Below are positions 16,255 through 29,980 of a stretch of 64,000 nucleotides of DNA, one piece after another. The stretch lies in NCBI GenBank assembly GCA_964016885.1, contig OZ024760.1, positions 1,116,001-1,180,000 of the forward strand, given 5' to 3'. Position 1 is the stretch's first letter. Each line of letters starts with the position of its first letter. The notes under the pieces were generated by a model that searched no databases, was not told where the DNA came from, and saw nothing but the letters and a program-made list of their open reading frames with translations. The position numbers and the translations under genes are program-made. Source of the DNA: Eledone cirrhosa. Lineage: Eukaryota.

Positions 16255-17217
16255 GTGTTGGGCCCACTTCTCTTCATCATCTATATTAATGACATCACTG
16301 ACATCATCAAACACAGCAACATTAAAATTTTCGCTGATGATTCCAAGCTCCAAAAGGTCATCAATGGCGTGGATGACCGGATAAGCCTTCAGTCAGACCT
16401 ACTGGCTGTTACCCAATGGGCAGAAAAGAACAACATGTTACTGAACGAAGACAAATTCGAACTGATCCACTTTGGAAAAGAGGATGCTCTGAAACTCCCG
16501 TACTCCCTTCCCTCCGGGGAAACTCTCGTGGCATCTAACAACATCAGAGACTTGGGAGTAACCGTGGACAGCAACATAAGCTGGACCACGCATATAAGCA
16601 GCAAAGTTGACATGGCCCGCAGAATGTGTTCCTGGATCCTCAGAACCTTCCAGTCGAGAGATTCCCGCACCATTATCCTTCTCTTCTCTACTTTCGCCCG
16701 ACCACACCTTGAATACTGTTGTCCACTGTGGTCTCCCCACACGAAACAAAGTATCATGAAACTTGAAGCTCCTCAAAGGGCAATCACGAAAAAGATAGAT
16801 GGCATGTCAGACCTTGACTACTGGGGTCGATTGGAAAACCTGAAACTTTACTCACTCCAACGTCGCCGTGAGCGTTATATTATCTGCATGATGTGGAAAA
16901 TGTTCCATCATCACTGCCCAAATGATGTTGGCATCGCCTTCAAGATACACCCAAGGCTTGGGCCCCGTGCTATCCGTCCCATTCAAAAATCTAAATCGCA
17001 ACTCATAACAACAATACGGCACAATTATTTCACCTCAATCGGCCCTGCTCTCTTCAACATCACACCAGGACACGTCAAAACAGAAACTGACCACACAAAA
17101 TTCAAGAAGTCTTTGGACAAATTCCTCCAAGTAATCCCGGACAAACCACCCACACCCGGATATGTCTCCGCAAACAGTAATTCTCTTCTCGAATGGGCCA
17201 TGGTGCCCAAATCCTGA
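16255..17217 (+). pseudogene. CR1-type LINE ORF2 reverse transcriptase C-terminal fragment (5'-truncated, frame intact)
   Basis: [13 protein letters not shown]...IFADDSK...LQSDL...W...DLGV...RPHLEYC..LWSP...QRRRER. The upstream part of ORF 15601 is TA repeat. Confidence 0.9.
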
Positions 17218-17304
17218 ATTGAAAGACTTCGCCAGGTGGTGCTATTAAGTTAGACATGGCCTGGGCCAATACTGGCCAAAACATTTCAAAGTTATTCAAA
17301 GTTA
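16255..17304 (+). mobile_element. CR1-type LINE 3' fragment inserted in (TA)n
   Basis: RT fragment, short 3'UTR and tandem tail (TTCAAAGTTA)x2; both ends abut TA repeat. Confidence 0.88.
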
Positions 17305-17306
17305 TG

Positions 17307-17787
<481 letters not shown>

Positions 17788-17850
17788 GTATATATATATG
17801 TATATATATATGTATATATATATGTATATATATATGTATATATATATGTA

Positions 17851-17883
<33 letters not shown>

Positions 17884-17926
17884 TAGTTTTGCGAGGTTTT
17901 TTATATGAAATCGTGTGTCGAAACAG

Positions 17927-19382
17927 ATATTGTTATATTTGGGGAGGGTCATATTTGCGTAATATTGCCAGAATTAATAACAGAACACACTCACTGTTTG
18001 GTTGGTTTTCGCTTCTCGCTGTCTTTTATATATATATATCTGCGATCTAACTTACTCGGTCCTCAATGTTGCCATTGACTGACCGGCGGTCAAAAATAAT
18101 ACAGATACAATATAGACAAACACATATATATATAGTTTACATAAATCTTTCGTTGCACATCTGCAACATCGTCAGTGGTGTTATATTCATTGTTCCTCCT
18201 GTTGTGTTGTATGTCTACGCCATTTTTTTTTGTTCAGTCTGTCTATATATTTATTTGCTTGTTTGTTTATCTTATTTTATTTTGTCTTCTTTGCGCATGC
18301 GTTTGCGTGTGTGTATAGTGTTATGTGTGATGTGTGATGTGTGACTAGTGTGTATAGTGTTGTCTGCTGGGTGACTAGTGTGTGTTTATGTGCTTGTGTA
18401 TGTATTTATTTATCTTATTTTATTTAATTTAATTTACTTATTTATTTATACTTCTCTTAGGTCAGTGTTGTTTGTTTGGGTGTTGTTGTTGTTCCACTCA
18501 TTCTTTCTGTTTAGCTTTGGTCTTCTAATTTCTATTTCACTGGCCTCTCTGATTTGCCTATCTGCTGGGTCATTCCTATGTTTAGATATTATTCTAATTT
18601 CTATGTTGTCTATGTTACCGTCATGATGTTGTCTAGCATGTTCGTATAGTACTGACCCGTTTTTTCGTCCTTTTAGTTCCCCCCAGTGTTGGTCTATCCT
18701 TTCACCTATGCTACGAGCTGTCTCACCTATGTATGTTGTTGTCGTGTTTCTGCAAGTACCCTCTGTACATCTTATGCTATAGACTACGTTTCTAGTTTTA
18801 CAGTTTATCCGGGGGTTCACCTTACATATGATACATTTCCTATTGGTACAGTGGGTTTTCTTAAAAGGGTAGGTTTTGCTGATCAGGGATTTTATGGTGG
18901 TTCCTGGCTTTTCTACCACCTTTATTTTTAAGTGGGTCTTTCTCAGGGCCTTTCTACACTGGTTAGCTAATTTCCCTCCAGGGGTGGCGTCCACAAACAT
19001 GACACTCTGATATCTCTGGTTGTCGTACCATGATGTGGCCTTCCCTATCTTATGTCTAGCCCTATCTAAGCTATTCCATGATTTGCTCCTGTATAGTGGG
19101 CAAATTCCTTTCATGTCCAGTTCTATGAGGGTCTTATACTTTTCCATGGCTCCTTCGTATACTCTGACTCTGTCTCTTTGGTTGTAGCCAGAGAACTGCA
19201 TGCGGTTGATGAAGTGTTGGATGTGTCCTTCCATTTCTGTTGGGTCGCACATGCTGGACACATTCTTCATCACTCGTACCAAATCTGCGATCAGAATATT
19301 AAACTTAGCATTACTGGACATTGCTGAGTTTTTGAGTATCAGGTATTTGGAGGCCATGGGTTTAGCATAGTGTGAGTGGAGA
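17927..19382 (-). mobile_element. Inverted copy of PLE 3' half (RT thumb, GIY-YIG, 3'UTR)
   Basis: Minus ORF 18446..19411 matches the C-terminal ~312 aa of the main ORF (LHSHYAKP...TDLREV). Confidence 0.95.
18140..18177 (-). ncRNA. Hammerhead motif (mirror copy in inverted PLE arm)
   Basis: Exact reverse complement of 22115-22152. Confidence 0.75.
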
Positions 19383-21846
19383 TGATAACAATAACAATAA
19401 TAGCAACACACACAACTATGACGATAGAAATAACGACAACCCCTTAGAGAAACTATTTTTCAACCCAGCTGACAAAACATATAAGATGGGTAATATCTAT
19501 CCTACGAGGTTACCCTTTAATAAAAGAGTTTGCATACCACAACAAATAGATGACGAGACGGAGGCACAGTTCACCATAGCTAGAAATAAGATTAGACAAG
19601 TAGTAGACAGGTACACTATGAGACAGAGCAGACCAGAGGCCCAACAACTTGGGATAAAACCTGTAGAAGGCTTGGTTAGCCTCAAGCAGCGCACAAGGGA
19701 TGGTGAGGTAGTGTGTCTACCCACAGATAAGTCTGGTAGGATGTCAATAGATAGCATGCCGAACTACATCGAGGCAATGCAACCCCACATCACCAACACG
19801 AGCGAAGTTGCACAACTAACACACGATGGGAGAGAAAAAATCCTCAACGCTCACATGATGATGTGGACTGACATCCTAAAGCCAAGCAGACGCACTGCCA
19901 ACAACTTCCAGGCGTCTAACAATGGCATACCACCCTTGTATGGGCTCCGCAAAGACCACAAGACAGTCGACGACCCGACAATAGGACCACCAACAAGACC
20001 TGTATGCGGAGCTAATATAGCTAGCAACTACAGGATCTCCTACTTCCTCTCAATGGTTATACGCCCCATAATCAAGATGTCCCCAGATGTATGTGAAAGT
20101 ACAGAGGACCTCCTCAGCAGAATCAGTGAGTGCAACAAAAACAGGAGCCTATCCAACTGCATAATAGGCAGCATGGATGTGGTGTCACTGTACCCATCCA
20201 TTAACATTGATTTTGCTGTGAAAAGATGTGTGGAGATGATCATTGAGAGTGAGGTGGAGTTCTGCGACGTCGACACAGACGAACTGGGCCTCCTACTTAG
20301 ACTTACCTACGACACTGACTACCTAGACAGCCATGACCTTAGATGTTTCTGCCCTAGTAGACCTATAAGAGGTAGACCCCCCACCATAACCTCAATGGCT
20401 AAAAAGACTCCCATAGGAAGGTGGATTGGGTGGACCAAAGCTATACGGACCCCCCAAAACACTGATCAGGTAAGAAAAATGGTCGCACATGCAATAGGGG
20501 CTAGTATCAAAACTACCCTAAAGGGCCACATATTTAAGTTCAATGAGAAAATCTACACCCAAAATGAGGGAGCAGCCATCGGCGTCAGCATAGCTGGCGA
20601 TGTTGCCAACCTTTTCATGGTATGGTGGGAAAGGAGACTTAAAGATCTCCTTAATGAAAGCTCCATAGACCTCATCATGTACTCTCGTTATGTAGACGAT
20701 ATCAATATAGTTATAAGAACACCCCCACTAGAGAGCACTAACAAGTTTGATTTAGAACGTAGCACGATGGAAAGCATCCAGCAGATAGCTAATTCCATAC
20801 ACCAGAGTATAACTGTAACTATAGACTTCCCTTCCAAACACCCTAACAATAGACTACCTGTATTAGACACAGAACTCTGGATTAACACTATAGACGAGAG
20901 AGCCCAAATTCTCCACTCACACTATGCTAAACCCATGGCCTCCAAATACCTGATACTCAAAAACTCAGCAATGTCCAGTAATGCTAAGTTTAATATTCTG
21001 ATCGCAGATTTGGTACGAGTGATGAAGAATGTGTCCAGCATGTGCGACCCAACAGAAATGGAAGGACACATCCAACACTTCATCAACCGCATGCAGTTCT
21101 CTGGCTACAACCAAAGAGACAGAGTCAGAGTATACGAAGGAGCCATGGAAAAGTATAAGACCCTCATAGAACTGGACATGAAAGGAATTTGCCCACTATA
21201 CAGGAGCAAATCATGGAATAGCTTAGATAGGGCTAGACATAAGATAGGGAAGGCCACATCATGGTACGACAACCAGAGATATCAGAGTGTCATGTTTGTG
21301 GACGCCACCCCTGGAGGGAAATTAGCTAACCAGTGTAGAAAGGCCCTGAGAAAGACCCACTTAAAAATAAAGGTGGTAGAAAAGCCAGGAACCACCATAA
21401 AATCCCTGATCAGCAAAACCTACCCTTTTAAGAAAACCCACTGTACCAATAGGAAATGTATCATATGTAAGGTGAACCCCCGGATAAACTGTAAAACTAG
21501 AAACGTAGTCTATAGCATAAGATGTACAGAGGGTACTTGCAGAAACACGACAACAACATACATAGGTGAGACAGCTCGTAGCATAGGTGAAAGGATAGAC
21601 CAACACTGGGGGGAACTAAAAGGACGAAAAAACGGGTCAGTACTATACGAACATGCTAGACAACATCATGACGGTAACATAGACAACATAGAAATTAGAA
21701 TAATATCTAAACATAGGAATGACCCAGCAGATAGGCAAATCAGAGAGGCCAGTGAAATAGAAATTAGAAGACCAAAGCTAAACAGAAAGAATGAGTGGAA
21801 CAACAACAACACCCAAACAAACAACACTGACCTAAGAGAAGTATAA
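19372..21846 (+). CDS. Penelope-like element reverse transcriptase + GIY-YIG endonuclease (5'-truncated; element sequence starts ~19383)
   Basis: Uninterrupted 824-aa frame with PLE RT motifs LPTDKSG, PPLYGLRKDHK, RPVC, SMDVVSLYPSI, YTQNEGAAIG, YSRYVDDI (YVDD 20689-20700), LPVLD, HYAKP. Then a Cys linker CTNRKCIIC..C and GIY-YIG motifs VVYSIRC...YIGETARSIGERIDQH...REASEI..PKLN. The Cys linker suggests the Neptune group. The first codons come from the inverted arm, so there is no native start. Confidence 0.95.
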   Translation: MSGDDNNNNNSNTHNYDDRNNDNPLEKLFFNPADKTYKMGNIYPTRLPFNKRVCIPQQIDDETEAQFTIARNKIRQVVDRYTMRQSRPEAQQLGIKPVEGLVSLKQRTRDGEVVCLPTDKSGRMSIDSMPNYIEAMQPHITNTSEVAQLTHDGREKILNAHMMMWTDILKPSRRTANNFQASNNGIPPLYGLRKDHKTVDDPTIGPPTRPVCGANIASNYRISYFLSMVIRPIIKMSPDVCESTEDLLSRISECNKNRSLSNCIIGSMDVVSLYPSINIDFAVKRCVEMIIESEVEFCDVDTDELGLLLRLTYDTDYLDSHDLRCFCPSRPIRGRPPTITSMAKKTPIGRWIGWTKAIRTPQNTDQVRKMVAHAIGASIKTTLKGHIFKFNEKIYTQNEGAAIGVSIAGDVANLFMVWWERRLKDLLNESSIDLIMYSRYVDDINIVIRTPPLESTNKFDLERSTMESIQQIANSIHQSITVTIDFPSKHPNNRLPVLDTELWINTIDERAQILHSHYAKPMASKYLILKNSAMSSNAKFNILIADLVRVMKNVSSMCDPTEMEGHIQHFINRMQFSGYNQRDRVRVYEGAMEKYKTLIELDMKGICPLYRSKSWNSLDRARHKIGKATSWYDNQRYQSVMFVDATPGGKLANQCRKALRKTHLKIKVVEKPGTTIKSLISKTYPFKKTHCTNRKCIICKVNPRINCKTRNVVYSIRCTEGTCRNTTTTYIGETARSIGERIDQHWGELKGRKNGSVLYEHARQHHDGNIDNIEIRIISKHRNDPADRQIREASEIEIRRPKLNRKNEWNNNNTQTNNTDLREV

Positions 21847-22114
21847 ATAAATAAGTAAATTAAATTAAATAAAATAAGATAAATAAATACATACACAAGC
21901 ACATAAACACACACTAGTCACCCAGCAGACAACACTATACACACTAGTCACACATCACACATCACACATAACACTATACACACACGCAAACGCATGCGCA
22001 AAGAAGACAAAATAAAATAAGATAAACAAACAAGCAAATAAATATATAGACAGACTGAACAAAAAAAAATGGCGTAGACATACAACACAACAGGAGGAAC
22101 AATGAATATAACAC

Positions 22115-22152
22115 CACTGACGATGTTGCAGATGTGCAACGAAAGATTTATG
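22115..22152 (+). ncRNA. Minimal type-I hammerhead ribozyme motif in PLE 3'UTR
   Basis: CA-CTGACGA-T-GTTGCA-GATG-TGCAAC-GAAA-GATT-TA-TG: intact core, 6-bp stem II, near-palindromic stem III, weak stem I. Confidence 0.75.
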
Positions 22153-22425
22153 TAAACTATATATATATGTGTTTGTCTATATTGTATCTGTATTATTTTG
22201 ACCGCCGGTCAGTCAATGGCAACATTGAGGACCGAGTAAGTTAGATCGCAGATATATATATATAAAAGACAGCGAGAAGCGAAAACCAACCAAACAGTGA
22301 GTGTGTTCTGTTATTAATTCTGGCAATATTACGCAAATATGACCCTCCCCAAATATAACAATATGTATATCATGTATATATATGTATATATGTTATGTAT
22401 ATATGTATGTATATATATATGTATG

Positions 22426-22506
<81 letters not shown>

Positions 22507-22507
22507 G

Positions 22508-22562
<55 letters not shown>

Positions 22563-22701
22563 GTATATATATATGTATATATATATGTATATATATATGT
22601 ATATATATGTATATATATATATGTATATGTATATATATATGTATATGTATATATATATGTATATATATATATGTATATGTATATATATATATATGTATAT
22701 A

Positions 22702-22754
<53 letters not shown>

Positions 22755-23045
22755 ATATATATGTGTGTGTATATATATGTGTGTATATATATATATGTGT
22801 ATATATATATGTGTATATATATATATGTGTATATATATGTGTGTATATATATATATGTGTATATATATATGTGTATATATATATATGTGTATATATATGT
22901 GTGTATATATATATATGTGTATATATATATGTGTATATATATATATGTAATGTATATGTGTGTGTGTTTGTATATCTATGTATATATATATGTATATATA
23001 TATATGTAATGTATATGTGTGTGTGTTTGTATATCTATGTATATA

Positions 23046-23076
<31 letters not shown>

Positions 23077-23325
23077 GTGTAATGTATATGTGTGTGTGTG
23101 TTTGTATATCTATGTATATATATATGTATATATATATATATATATATTTATGTGTAATGTATATGTGTGTGTGTGTTTGTATATCTATGTATATATATAT
23201 GTATATATATATATATATATATTTATGTGTAATGTATATGTGTGTGTGTGTTTGTATATCTATGTATATATATGTATATATATATGTAATGTATATGTGT
23301 GTGTGTGTTTGTATATCTATGTATA

Positions 23326-23367
<42 letters not shown>

Positions 23368-24121
23368 ATGTATATGTGTGTGTGTTTGTATATCTATGTA
23401 GATATATAATTGTTTATATACATACATACATACACATGCATATTAATGTGTACATGTAGTGACATGCATATACAAGCATGTGTGTGTATATTGTGTATAT
23501 GCTAATAGAAATACATGATTTTGTCTGGGCATATGTTTAGTATGTGCATAGAATGTGTTATGGTATAAATCAGTATTTGTAAATATATGTTTAGATGTAT
23601 TATTATGAGAATATACAGACATACATGCATACATACTTATATACACCCATACACATACATACTTATATACATATATACACATACAGATTTATATACATAT
23701 ATGTACCTACATGCGTACATACTTATGTACATATATATGCATACACACATACGCACACATACATACATACACACATGCATATGCACATACATTCATGCAT
23801 GCACACACACACACAAAAAATGCATATACACACACATACATATATACATGCATATACTCATACATACATAAATACATGCATATGCTCATACATTCATGCA
23901 TACATACATACATACACACATACAAGTGTGTACATACATTTATATTAGATGCAAACACACATACAGGTACTCATATACAAATGTGTGTATGCACATATTT
24001 TTGTGTCTATATATATGTGGGTGTGTATGTGTGTATGTATGTGTGTGTGCATTTATGTGTGCGTGTGCATTTGTGTGTGTGTGTGTGTGCGTATATGTGT
24101 TTCTGAGTTTGTGTGTGTATG

Positions 24122-24165
<44 letters not shown>

Positions 24166-24303
24166 TTTGTGTATGTGTGAGAAGCATGACTAATAGCCAT
24201 TGATGTAAGGTGATACTTTGCCAAGCAGAGGACAGTGACATACAGACAGACAGACAGTTGATGTGGGTAGGTGGTGGGAGCACTGTGGGATGAATGGTTG
24301 GAA

Positions 24304-24351
<48 letters not shown>

Positions 24352-24368
24352 TGTATAGAGAAAGAGAG

Positions 24369-24416
<48 letters not shown>

Positions 24417-24569
24417 GTTGTGAATGTAGTGAGAGAGAGAGAGAGAGAGATTGTGTGTGTGTGTGTAGAGGGAGGGAGGAAAAGTGCGATAGGGATAGAT
24501 GTGTGTGTAGTGTGAGAGAGAGATTGTGAGTGTCTGTGGGAGAGAAAGAAATAGAGAACTATGGTAAAA

Positions 24570-27142
24570 TGTGTGTTTGTGTTTGTCACACTGAAAGAGG
24601 GACAGATTGTGTGTGTGTTTGTGACACTGAAAGAGGGACAGATTGTGTTTGTGTTTGTCACACTGAAAGAGGGACAGATTGTGTGTGTGTTTGTCACACT
24701 GACAGAGGGACATATTGTGTGTGTGTTTGTGACACTGAAAGAGGGACATATTGTGTGTGTGTTTGTGACACTGAAAGAGGGACAGATTGTGTGTGTGTTT
24801 GTCACACTGAAAGAGGGACAGATTGTGTGTGTGTTTGTCACACTGAAAGAGGGACAGATTGTGTGTGTGTTTGTCACACTGAAAGAGGGACAGATTGTGT
24901 GTGTGTTTGTGACACTGAAAGAGGTACATATTGTGTGTGTGTTTGTGACACTGAAAGAGGGACAGATTGTGTGTGTGTTTGTGACACTGAAAGAGGGACA
25001 GATTGTGTGTGTGTTTGTGACACTGAAAGAGGGACAGATTGTGTGTGTTTGTCACACTGAAAGAGGGACATATTGTGTGTGCGTGTTTGTGACACTGAAA
25101 AAAGGACAGATTGTGTGTGTTTGTCACACTGAAAGAGGGACAGATTGTGTGTGTGTTTGTGTCACTGAAAGAGGGACAGATTGTGTGTGTGTTTGTCACA
25201 CTGAAAGAGAGACAGATTGTGTGTGTGTTTGTGACACTGAAAGAGGGATAGATTGTGTGTGTGTTTGTCACACTGAAAGAGGGTCAGATTGTGTGTGTGT
25301 TTGTGACACTGAAAGAGGGACAGATTGTGTGTGTGTTTGTCACACTGAAAGAGGGACAGATTGTGTGTGTGTTTGTCACACTGAAAGAGGGACAGATTGT
25401 GTGTGTGTTTGTCACACTGAAAGAGGGACATATTGTGTGTGTGTGTTTGTGACACTGAAAGAGGGACATATTGTGTGTGTGTTTGTGACAGTGAAAGAGG
25501 GACATATTGTGTGTGTGTTTGTGACACTGAAAGAGGGACTTATTGTGTGTGTGTTTGTGACACTGAAAGAGGGACATATTGTGTGTGTGTTTGTGACACT
25601 GAAAGAGGGATAGATTGTGTGTGTGTTTGTCACACTGAAAGAGGGTCAGATTGTGTGTGTGTTTGTGACACTGAAAGAGGGACAGATTGTGTGTGTGTTT
25701 GTGACACTGAAAGAGGGACATATTGTGTGTGTGTTTGTGACACTGAAAGAGGGACATATTGTGTGTGTGTTTGTGACACTGAAAGAGAGACAGATTGTGT
25801 GTGTGTTTGTGACACTGAAGGAGGGATAGATTGTGTGTGTGTTTGTGACACTGAAAGAGGGACAGATTGTGTGTGTGTTTGTGACACTGAAAGAGGGACA
25901 TATTGTGTGTGTGTTTGTGACACTGAAAGAGGGACATATTGTGTGTGTGTTTGTGACACTGAAAGAGGGACAGATTGTGTGTGTGTTTGTGACACTGAAA
26001 GAGGGATAGATTGTGTGTGTGTTTGTCACACTGAAAGAGGGTCAGATTGTGTGTGTGTTTGTGACACTGAAAGAGGGTCAGATTGTGTGTGTGTTTGTGA
26101 CACTGAAAGAGGGACAGATTGTGTGTGTGTTTGTGACACTGAAAGAGGGACAGATTGTGTGTGTGTTTGTGACACTGAAAGAGGGACAGATTGTGTGTGT
26201 GTTTGTCACACTGAAAGAGGGACAGATTGTGTGTGTGTTTGTCACACTGAAAGAGGGACAGATTGTGTGTGTGTGTTTGTGACACTGAAAGAGGGACATA
26301 TTGTGTGTGTGTTTGTGACAGTGAAAGAGGGACATATTGTGTGTGTGTTTGTGACACTGAAAGAGGTACATATTGTGTGTGTGTTTATGACACTGAAAGA
26401 GGGACAGATTGTGTGTGTGTTTGTCACACTGAAAGAGGGACAGATTGTGTGTGTGTTTGTCACACTGAAAGAGGGACAGATTGTGTGTGTGTTTGTCACA
26501 CTGAAAGAGGGACAGATTGTGTGTGTGTGTTTGTGACACTGAAAGAGGGACATATTGTGTGTGTGTTTGTGACAGTGAAAGAGGGACATATTGTGTGTGT
26601 GTTTGTGACACTGAAAGAGGGACTTATTGTGTGTGTGTTTGTGACACTGAAAGAGGGACATATTGTGTGTGTGTTTGTCACACTGAAAGAGGGACATATT
26701 GTGTGCGTGTTTGTCACACTGAAAGAGGGACAGATTATGTGTGTGTTTGTGACACTGAAAGAGGGACAGATTGTGTGTGTGTTTGTCACACTGAAAGAGG
26801 GACATATTGTGTGTGTGTTTGTCACACTGAAAGAGGGACAGATTGTGCGTGTGTTTGTGACACTGAAAGAGGGACATATTGTGTGCGTGTTTGTCACACT
26901 GAAAGAGGGACATATTGTGTGCGTGTTTGTCACACTGAAAGAGGGACATATTGTGTGTGTGTTTGTCACACTGAAAGAGGGACAGATTGTGTGTGTGTTT
27001 GTCACACTGAAAGAGGGACATATTGTGTGCGTGTTTGTCACACTGAAAGAGGGACATATTGTGTGCGTGTTTGTCACACTGAAAGAGGGACAGATTGTGT
27101 GCGTGTTTGTCACACTGAAAGAGGGACAGATTGTGTGTGTGT
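24570..27142. repeat. 36-bp minisatellite (~70 copies)
   Basis: CACTGAAAGAGGGACAGATTGTGTGTGTGTTTGT(G/C)A. Confidence 0.97.
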
Positions 27143-27190
27143 AAGAAAGACAGAATGTGTATGTGTGTTGTTGTTATTATTACTGTTTAG

Positions 27191-27517
27191 GCAAAATCCC
27201 GCCGAGGTTAACTTTGCCTTTCATCCTTATGAGATCGATAAAATAAAGTACCAGTAATGTACTGGGGTCAATTTAATCGACTTTCCCCTCCCTCCAAATT
27301 ACTGGCCTTGTGCCTATACTAGAAATCATTTGGATTGGCAGTATCGGTAGAGAATCGGACGCCATGCTTTCCAGCATAGAGTTACTTCCCTTTATGATCT
27401 GAGTTCAAATCCCGCCGAGGTTAACTTTGCTGTTCATCCTTACGGGGTCGATAAAATAAAGTACCAGTAATACACTGGAATAATTGCTGGCCTTTGCCAA
27501 AAGTAGAAACAATTATT
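27191..27517 (+). mobile_element. Two adjacent SINE copies (second family)
   Basis: Truncated copy 27191-27328 followed by full copy 27331-27517. Confidence 0.8.
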
Positions 27518-27609
27518 ACTGTTTAGTTCCAGATCAACTCTGATCCAGCAGACATGGCATGGAGACTGTGTGACATTCCAGCCATGAACATCCTGTCTCA
27601 TCCAGAATA

Positions 27610-27951
27610 TAGGGGGCTCAGCTGAAAAGTTCATAGGCTGATTATGAAGGAGTGATGTTAGAGCAATGAAATCTTAAATGCATTAGTTTCAACTCATCTT
27701 ATTAATTGATAACTACAGTGTTTCAAACCAGGGACTAAGTTGAAAAATAAACTTCATTTGGTCATTCCATGAGAGTATCTTGGTCGTAGGTTGACTATGA
27801 AGGAGTGATGCTAGAGCTGTGAAATCTTGCTTGCATGAATTTCAACTCTTCTTATTAACTGCATTTTTTTCTTCCAGGGAAAATAAACTTCATTTGGTCA
27901 TTCCATGAGAGTATCTTGGTCAGCATATGAACTTTTCAGCTGACCCTCCTA
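27610..27951. mobile_element. Mariner-type MITE
   Basis: ~32-bp TIRs TAGGGGGCTCAGCTGAAAAGTTCATAGGCTGA / TCAGCATATGAACTTTTCAGCTGACCCTCCTA, TA flanks, internal direct duplication. Confidence 0.8.
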
Positions 27952-28283
27952 TATATATTATATATATATATCATCATCATCATCATTTTACGTCCGCTTT
28001 TCCCTGCTTGCAAGGGTATATATATATATATTTTTATAATCATCATCATTTAACGTCCATTTATCCACGCTTACATGGGTTAGATGGTTAGTCCATGTCA
28101 CTGGGGAGAGAGAGTGTGTGTGTCAACTATTGAAGTTTGGATTTGACGGAGAGTTTAATGTGTGTGTGTGTATATATATATATATATAATGTGTGTGTGT
28201 ATATATGTGTGTGTGTGTATATATATATATGTGTGTGTGTGTATATATATATATGTGTGTGTGTGTATATATATATGTGTATG

Positions 28284-28318
<35 letters not shown>

Positions 28319-28681
28319 ATGCATATATATGTGTGTGTGTGTGTGTGTATGTGTGTGTATATATATATATGTGTGTGTATATATATATAATGTGTGTATA
28401 TATATATGGGTGTGTGTATATATGTGTGTGTGCGTATACATTTATCACATTTATGTATGTACATATGTGGCGTATGTGTATATAAATATTTTTATATGTG
28501 TGTGTAAAGTGTGTGTGTGTGGGGGGGGGGGGGGTCTATATATTAACCACAATACACTTCCTCTCTATAAATCAGATATATTCACTCACCTTGGCCTTGA
28601 TCTAATTTTAGAGAGCTCATCACTGCCACCTCTTCCCCCTCTTCCATGCATATGTATGTGAATATATGTATATATATATAC

Positions 28682-29980
28682 ATACTATAAATTATGTCCA
28701 AAGAATCATTTGATAATATATATACACCATTTCCTCTCGCAATTAGCATAATAAACCACACAAAACATCAATTAAACCAGGCTATAAGATTAAAAGGCAC
28801 CTATGAAGAAATAGTAGATAAATAAACGACAGCCATCTATTCACGATCAACAGCTATAGAATATTTACCCAACATTTCAATAGCAGGTGGAAATCGATTA
28901 AATATATCGTCAACCATACACAATCTATATATATAAAACTGAGGTTGTCTGTCTGTCTATCGATTTTTGGCACACATCTCCTCTTAGAATCTCTGACGGA
29001 ATTGCACCGAAATTGCTATACTTGTACATTGAGCCCTAGCGAAGACAGCGGGAAAAAAATATTTCAAATTGACCCACCCTATGTGACGAAATCGAATCTA
29101 ATGTATCAATTTTTGAGCGTAAGTGACGAGTTATTTCCCTTTGTTCTGTTTACATTGAGCGTCTTACGTTGTTTTTCTCTGCGTTGCAGTGTTTACATTT
29201 TCGATCTTTGTTAATAAATAACCAGTGCAGTTTTTATCCCCAGCATCCTCTTTTGTTATAACATTCGGGTTATCGTTATGTTTTCTTAACTTCATAAGGC
29301 ATATTGTTGGTTGAGGGAATATTAATCAAAAACACCACATGCAAGTCTGCACAGTAGACACTACAGTTTTTAAGCCAAAAAAGAAACTTAACATTGTAAC
29401 TTTAACACAGCTACTGAGCGACCCCGAGCAACGCCGGGCTTTACTGCTAGTTAGGTATAAAATTAAAGTTAGAAGAAAAAATGCATATACACATAGCAGG
29501 ATTTCGTTTCTACCTTTAGGGTCGTCCGCTTTCGAAAATATCCTATCAGGGATAAATTCTCGGGCTTCGAACTCATCAGGAAACAAACTCACTTGGACAA
29601 AGAAATTTCTTAAGTGATCCCCGCCAGAAACGAATTCAAAATGGCTAAGAACTGTGACGTGGCAGTGGTCAAGTCAGAAAGAATGTGATTGGTAGCTTAC
29701 AGCGAATGGGCTGGTTGCTAGAAAGCGCAGCCCAATATTGCCCAAATTGCATCTCAACCTTATGGGAGATTATCAAATATAAAGATTTACATATACACAA
29801 ACTAGACAAAGTCACAGATATATATGTTTTGGCAACCATTCACGATGTGGCTCAATGATGAATTAAAAAATTAAATAATCAGAGCAATATACTATAAAGT
29901 ATGTCCATAGAATCATTTGATAATATATATATACACCATTTCCTCTCCTAATTAGCATAATCAACCACACAAAAAACCAA

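Larger units (their letters stand above)
17884..22364 (+). mobile_element. Penelope-like retroelement insertion with 5' inverted duplication, in (TA)n
   Basis: 17927-19382 is the reverse complement of 20910-22364; I saw one homopolymer indel. Unique middle 19383-20909 encodes RT. Flanked by TA microsatellite on both sides; 43 extra nt at 17884-17926. Confidence 0.93.

Noticed and set aside
18446-19411. Separate GIY-YIG nuclease gene
   Set aside because: Inverted duplicate of the PLE 3' half; its N-terminus is the antisense of the main ORF.
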